Shown here: positions 60,446 to 64,000 of the stretch, piece by piece
Position numbering within the stretch: position 1 is the first letter of the stretch
Layout of the letters: the number at the start of each line of letters is the position of its first letter
Assembly: GCA_027310185.1 (NCBI GenBank)
Contig: DAIDBH010000010.1
Coordinates: forward strand, 19,137 to 83,136
Origin: Thermoplasmatales archaeon
GTDB lineage: Archaea > Thermoplasmatota > Thermoplasmata > Thermoplasmatales > Thermoplasmataceae
Direction of reading: 5' to 3'
DNA length: 64,000 bases
Notes under the pieces: generated by a model
What the model saw: the letters and a program-made list of their open reading frames with translations, nothing else
The model's database searches: none
Told to the model about the DNA's origin: nothing
Position numbers and translations under genes: made by a program

Positions 60446-61777
60446 TCATAAGGTTCCGAGATATCTGTTCAATTCCCACTCAGTCACATATGACCTGAAC
60501 GCGTCCCATTCCTTCTGCTTCACCGTAAGATAGTTATGATAGACATGTTTTCCAAGAATCTGTTCCATCAGCTTGCTCCCTCTAAGGTGATGAATGGCTT
60601 CACCAAGGCTTTCAGGCATTGAATCGATTCCCTCCTTCTTCCTCATTTCTGCATCCATATGGAAGATATCCTTCTCGGTGGGGTCTGGAAGTTCATATTC
60701 ATTCTCTACTCCGTCCATTCCCATCCCCAGCACGGTTGCAAACTGCAGATATGGATTTCCAGCTGGATCCGGGCATCTTAGTTCTATCCTCTTCCTCATA
60801 TTGACTCCTGCTGGCACCCTTATGAGGGCCGATCTGTTCTTGTTTGCCCATGATATGTAAACTGGGGCTTCATATCCAGGTATAAGTCTCTTGTATGAAT
60901 TTACAGTGGAGGCCAGTATTGCAGATCCCTGGTTAATGTTTTTCAGTATTCCGGCAGTATAGTTCTTGGCAAGTTTGCTCAATCCATACTTGTCTTTTTC
61001 GTCATAGAAGAAGTTCTTTTTCTGATCCTTTCCCATGAGGCTCTGGTGTATGTGCATTCCAGAACCATTCAGACCATTCAGGGGCTTCGGCATGAAGGAT
61101 GCAAATAGATTCTGGTTTTCTGCAGCATTTTTTATCACGCTTTTTAGAACTGTTATCCTGTCAGCCATGAGCATTGCGTTTGAATATCTAAGATCTATTT
61201 CGTGCTGGCCAAAGGAAACCTCATGATGTGCCGCTTCAGGTTCATACCCAAGAATTCTGAGCTGTGTCAGGATCTCCAGCCTCACCTGGGCTGCCCTGTC
61301 ATTTGGCGTGTGATCAAAATAGCCACTGTGATCGCTCGGTTCTGGAATAGGTTCTCCGTGCTCATTCTTCTTGAAAATAAAAAATTCAAATTCAGGACCA
61401 ACATAAAATTCCATTCCCCTGTCCCAGACTCTCTTCAGGTTTCTTTCCAGCACATATCTTGGATCACCGGGGAATCTGGTACCATCTGGATTGTAAATGT
61501 TGCACAGATATCTTGCCGCGTTTCCCTGACTGCTATAGGGATATACAGCATAGGTATCCAGATCAGGAACAGCCCTCATATCAGACTCCTCTATCTGAGC
61601 ATAGCCGGCCACCGAACTGCCATCAAAGACAACCCCCTCATTCAAGGCATCTTCAAACCTGTTCTTCGGCAGAGTAAGTGTTTTCACTCTTCCGAGAATA
61701 TCGGTGAACTGCATATACAAAAACTCAACCTGTTCCTTTCTCAGTCTCTCCAGACTGGTTTGGATTTTATCTTCCAT
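60446..61777 (-). CDS. glnA: Glutamine synthetase type I
   Basis: FDGSS, GPEFEFF, HHEV..GQHEI, FMPKP...NGSGMH.HQS, NSYKRL.PGYEAP, ELRCPD. Confidence 0.97.
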   Translation of the reverse strand: MEDKIQTSLERLRKEQVEFLYMQFTDILGRVKTLTLPKNRFEDALNEGVVFDGSSVAGYAQIEESDMRAVPDLDTYAVYPYSSQGNAARYLCNIYNPDGTRFPGDPRYVLERNLKRVWDRGMEFYVGPEFEFFIFKKNEHGEPIPEPSDHSGYFDHTPNDRAAQVRLEILTQLRILGYEPEAAHHEVSFGQHEIDLRYSNAMLMADRITVLKSVIKNAAENQNLFASFMPKPLNGLNGSGMHIHQSLMGKDQKKNFFYDEKDKYGLSKLAKNYTAGILKNINQGSAILASTVNSYKRLIPGYEAPVYISWANKNRSALIRVPAGVNMRKRIELRCPDPAGNPYLQFATVLGMGMDGVENEYELPDPTEKDIFHMDAEMRKKEGIDSMPESLGEAIHHLRGSKLMEQILGKHVYHNYLTVKQKEWDAFRSYVTEWELNRYLGTL

Positions 61778-61835
61778 GTTGATCCCATGTGAATAAACAT
61801 AAAGTTTTTTCTAAAAGAAAGGGCTACATTATGTC

Positions 61836-63242
61836 ATGATGGAAAATATTGAAGGAAAAAGAATAGATTTCAATTATAAATGGAATCACGGTGATCTATT
61901 CCCTCTTATGGAAAATGCAGGAAGGGCAGTGAGTGAGTATATCAGCGAAAAATATGGAGAACGCCGGAATATACTTGTTTTCAGTGGGAGTGGGAACAAC
62001 GGCGGAGATGGTATAATCACAGCCCGTAACCTGGATACTGTCAGTAATTTAAAATTAATAGTGATAACGAGGAGTGACGGTTCTGTAAGTTCCCTTTCCA
62101 GGAGGGCAATGAAGGAATTCGGTGAAGAAAGGATAATAAAAAATCCTAAAATGGAAGAAATAAAGGAGATGATCTCTGAGGCTGATATTATTGTAGATGC
62201 TATTTTTGGGACCGGAATCAGGGACCCGGTCAATGATCCTTATAGTACCATAATAGAGGAAATTAACTTAAGTAAAGCAGACGTTGTTTCCATAGATATT
62301 CCGTCCGGTTTGGGCACATCCCATAGCATTATTCCTGATGCAACAGTTACGTTTACAGATATAAAGGAAGGAATGAATCAGAAAAATTCAGGTTCAATCA
62401 ACGTAAGAAATATTGGTATAAGCGAAAGAGAAATCAATTATGCAGGTCCCGGTGACATGGTATATTTCCCTGATATTGAAAAAAATGGGCATAAGGGGCA
62501 GAACGGTAAGCTCCTGATCATGGCAGGGTGGAAGTTCAGCGGTGCAGGTTGCATGACAGCCAGGGCAGCCGAGAATGCACTCCCTGATCTCATAACAATG
62601 CTTGTTCCGAAACCATCATCAGTTATATTTTCTATCAAGCTTGAAGATCAGATAGTGGGAATCTATAATTCACAGAACATGAAAAAGGAGATGGAGAAAT
62701 GCACTGCGGTGTTAGCAGGTCCTGGAATGGGTATTACTGAAGATTCTGTGAAGGCTGTTCTTTCAGTATGCAGGAGCGGAAAGAAAGTCCTTTTTGATGC
62801 TGATGCAATTCATATAATGGGCGAGCACAGGGAACTGATAAACCAGAACATGTTATTCACACCCCACAGTCAGGAATTCAAAGCTCTCACAGGAACTGAT
62901 GCAAATAGGGAAAACGCAGAAAAATTCAGCAATAAGTATGGATGTACAGTACTGCTGAAGGGACCAACGGATATCATAACAAACGGCAAGAAGACAATTC
63001 TAAGTGAAGGGGGAAGTCCAAGAATGGCCATGGGAGGAACAGGTGACATTCTTGCGGGATTGTGCGCTGGTCTAATGGCAAGAAACATGGAGCCATTCAG
63101 AGCTGCTGTACTTGCTTCTTTCATAAACAAGAAGAATGGGGAAATGAAAGAAAAGGAAAACTCCTACTGGTTCAACACCTATGATCTACTTGAAAATATG
63201 GGAAAGACATTCAGGGATTATTATGAGTTCATATTGAACTAA
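61836..63242 (+). CDS. nnr: Bifunctional NAD(P)HX epimerase/dehydratase
   Basis: LMENAG, GNNGGDG, DAIFGTG, DIPSG, HKG.NG, GPGMG, TPH..EF, GGTGD.LAG. Confidence 0.93.
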   Translation: MMENIEGKRIDFNYKWNHGDLFPLMENAGRAVSEYISEKYGERRNILVFSGSGNNGGDGIITARNLDTVSNLKLIVITRSDGSVSSLSRRAMKEFGEERIIKNPKMEEIKEMISEADIIVDAIFGTGIRDPVNDPYSTIIEEINLSKADVVSIDIPSGLGTSHSIIPDATVTFTDIKEGMNQKNSGSINVRNIGISEREINYAGPGDMVYFPDIEKNGHKGQNGKLLIMAGWKFSGAGCMTARAAENALPDLITMLVPKPSSVIFSIKLEDQIVGIYNSQNMKKEMEKCTAVLAGPGMGITEDSVKAVLSVCRSGKKVLFDADAIHIMGEHRELINQNMLFTPHSQEFKALTGTDANRENAEKFSNKYGCTVLLKGPTDIITNGKKTILSEGGSPRMAMGGTGDILAGLCAGLMARNMEPFRAAVLASFINKKNGEMKEKENSYWFNTYDLLENMGKTFRDYYEFILN

Positions 63243-63650
63243 AATTTTACAACAGTTACTTTATATACTCTGTTTAGGTTTTTTTTATCTTAAACAATAT
63301 TACAACAATGCTGAATAACGGAAACACACATAACAAGACTATTTGTCTCTCTTAGTTCCAAACAATGAGATGAATCGTATGTCCCACATTATATGCACAT
63401 AATACTATGAAGTTGTAACATAGCTGCAAGGTAGACATTTCATGAAGAATTAACTTATAAAATATGTTGTTGACATTACACGAAAATATCAGAGATTATG
63501 ACACATCTGTGTATTATATGATACCTAATAATTGCACTCAACCCCATAAAATAGAGAAGTCTCCAAAACAAATAATGCACAATTTCCAGAGTAAGAAAGT
63601 AATCAAGCAGTAATAATAAAATTAAAATACAATAACCCATTATAATTTTC

Positions 63651-64000
63651 ATGGCAAATAAGATCACAAAAATAATGATCCTGATAAGTGTGTTTGCATT
63701 CTTCTCTCTCTCTTTCAGGAATACAGGCCCAATCCTCACCAGCATCAGAAACAAATGATATCATGAGCACATTACCATCCACAATGACATGGAAACTATC
63801 AGGATCATCAAAGATAACAGACGATGGAGGTATCACAACCCTCAGTATAGATGTCACATCATACAGTTCATCCACATCTCAAAGAGGAACATTCCTGTAC
63901 TTCATGGTGAAACAGGACAACGGATCATTCACAGACGTGAATGACATATCAGTAACAGGAACAGGCACATACACATACATCTGCATGAACATATACGGAA
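63651..64000 (+). pseudogene. Secreted/surface Ser/Thr-rich protein, frameshifted in a (TC)5 tract within the signal peptide; continues beyond the window
   Basis: ATG 63651 gives MANKITKIMILISVFAFFSLS and then stops after 35 codons. The +1 frame from 63712 (LSGIQAQSSPASETNDIMSTLPSTMTWKLSGSSKITDDGG...) is open to the window end. Confidence 0.7.

Noticed and set aside
60340-60446. TGATGA...CTGA and GGGGTGCTGA suggesting a C/D sRNA or TPP riboswitch
   Set aside because: Spacing is wrong for a C/D RNA, TPP core elements are missing and there is no thiamine gene context.
63476-63875. Minus-strand ORFs of 92 aa and 90 aa
   Set aside because: Better explained as shadows of the plus-strand frameshifted secreted-protein gene, which has a signal peptide and consistent ACA/TCA codon use.
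1-64000. CRISPR array, rRNA, integrase or recognisable defence operon
   Set aside because: No regularly spaced direct repeats, rRNA-like sequence or such genes were seen.

Overview
Archaeal chromosomal DNA, AT-rich, with gene content typical of Thermoplasmatales: tricorn protease and an F2/F3 aminopeptidase, class II RNR, split MetE, eL31/eL39/eS19/aIF6. A Cuniculiplasma-like organism is inferred, not proven. Mostly housekeeping and peptide-scavenging genes, two tRNAs (Leu-GAG, Thr-TGT) and one internally deleted IS200/IS605 element. Features missing from the ORF track: (1) a pair of inverted ORB-like elements with G/C strings bracketing the AT-rich gcvT gene, a candidate replication origin spanning a coding gene with no cdc6 in the window; (2) a box C/D guide sRNA upstream of glyA whose D' guide matches a conserved 16S rRNA site; (3) a signal-peptide gene broken by a frameshift in a (TC)5 tract that one added repeat unit would repair, a candidate phase-variable surface protein; (4) a 39-aa, 9-Cys micro-protein divergent from an ExxE membrane transporter; (5) a sedolisin (S53)-thermopsin-like fusion protease running off the left edge, with the TnpB remnant right end at its promoter; (6) several other small ORFs, including rpl39e. 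All calls come from reading the sequence; no searches were run.
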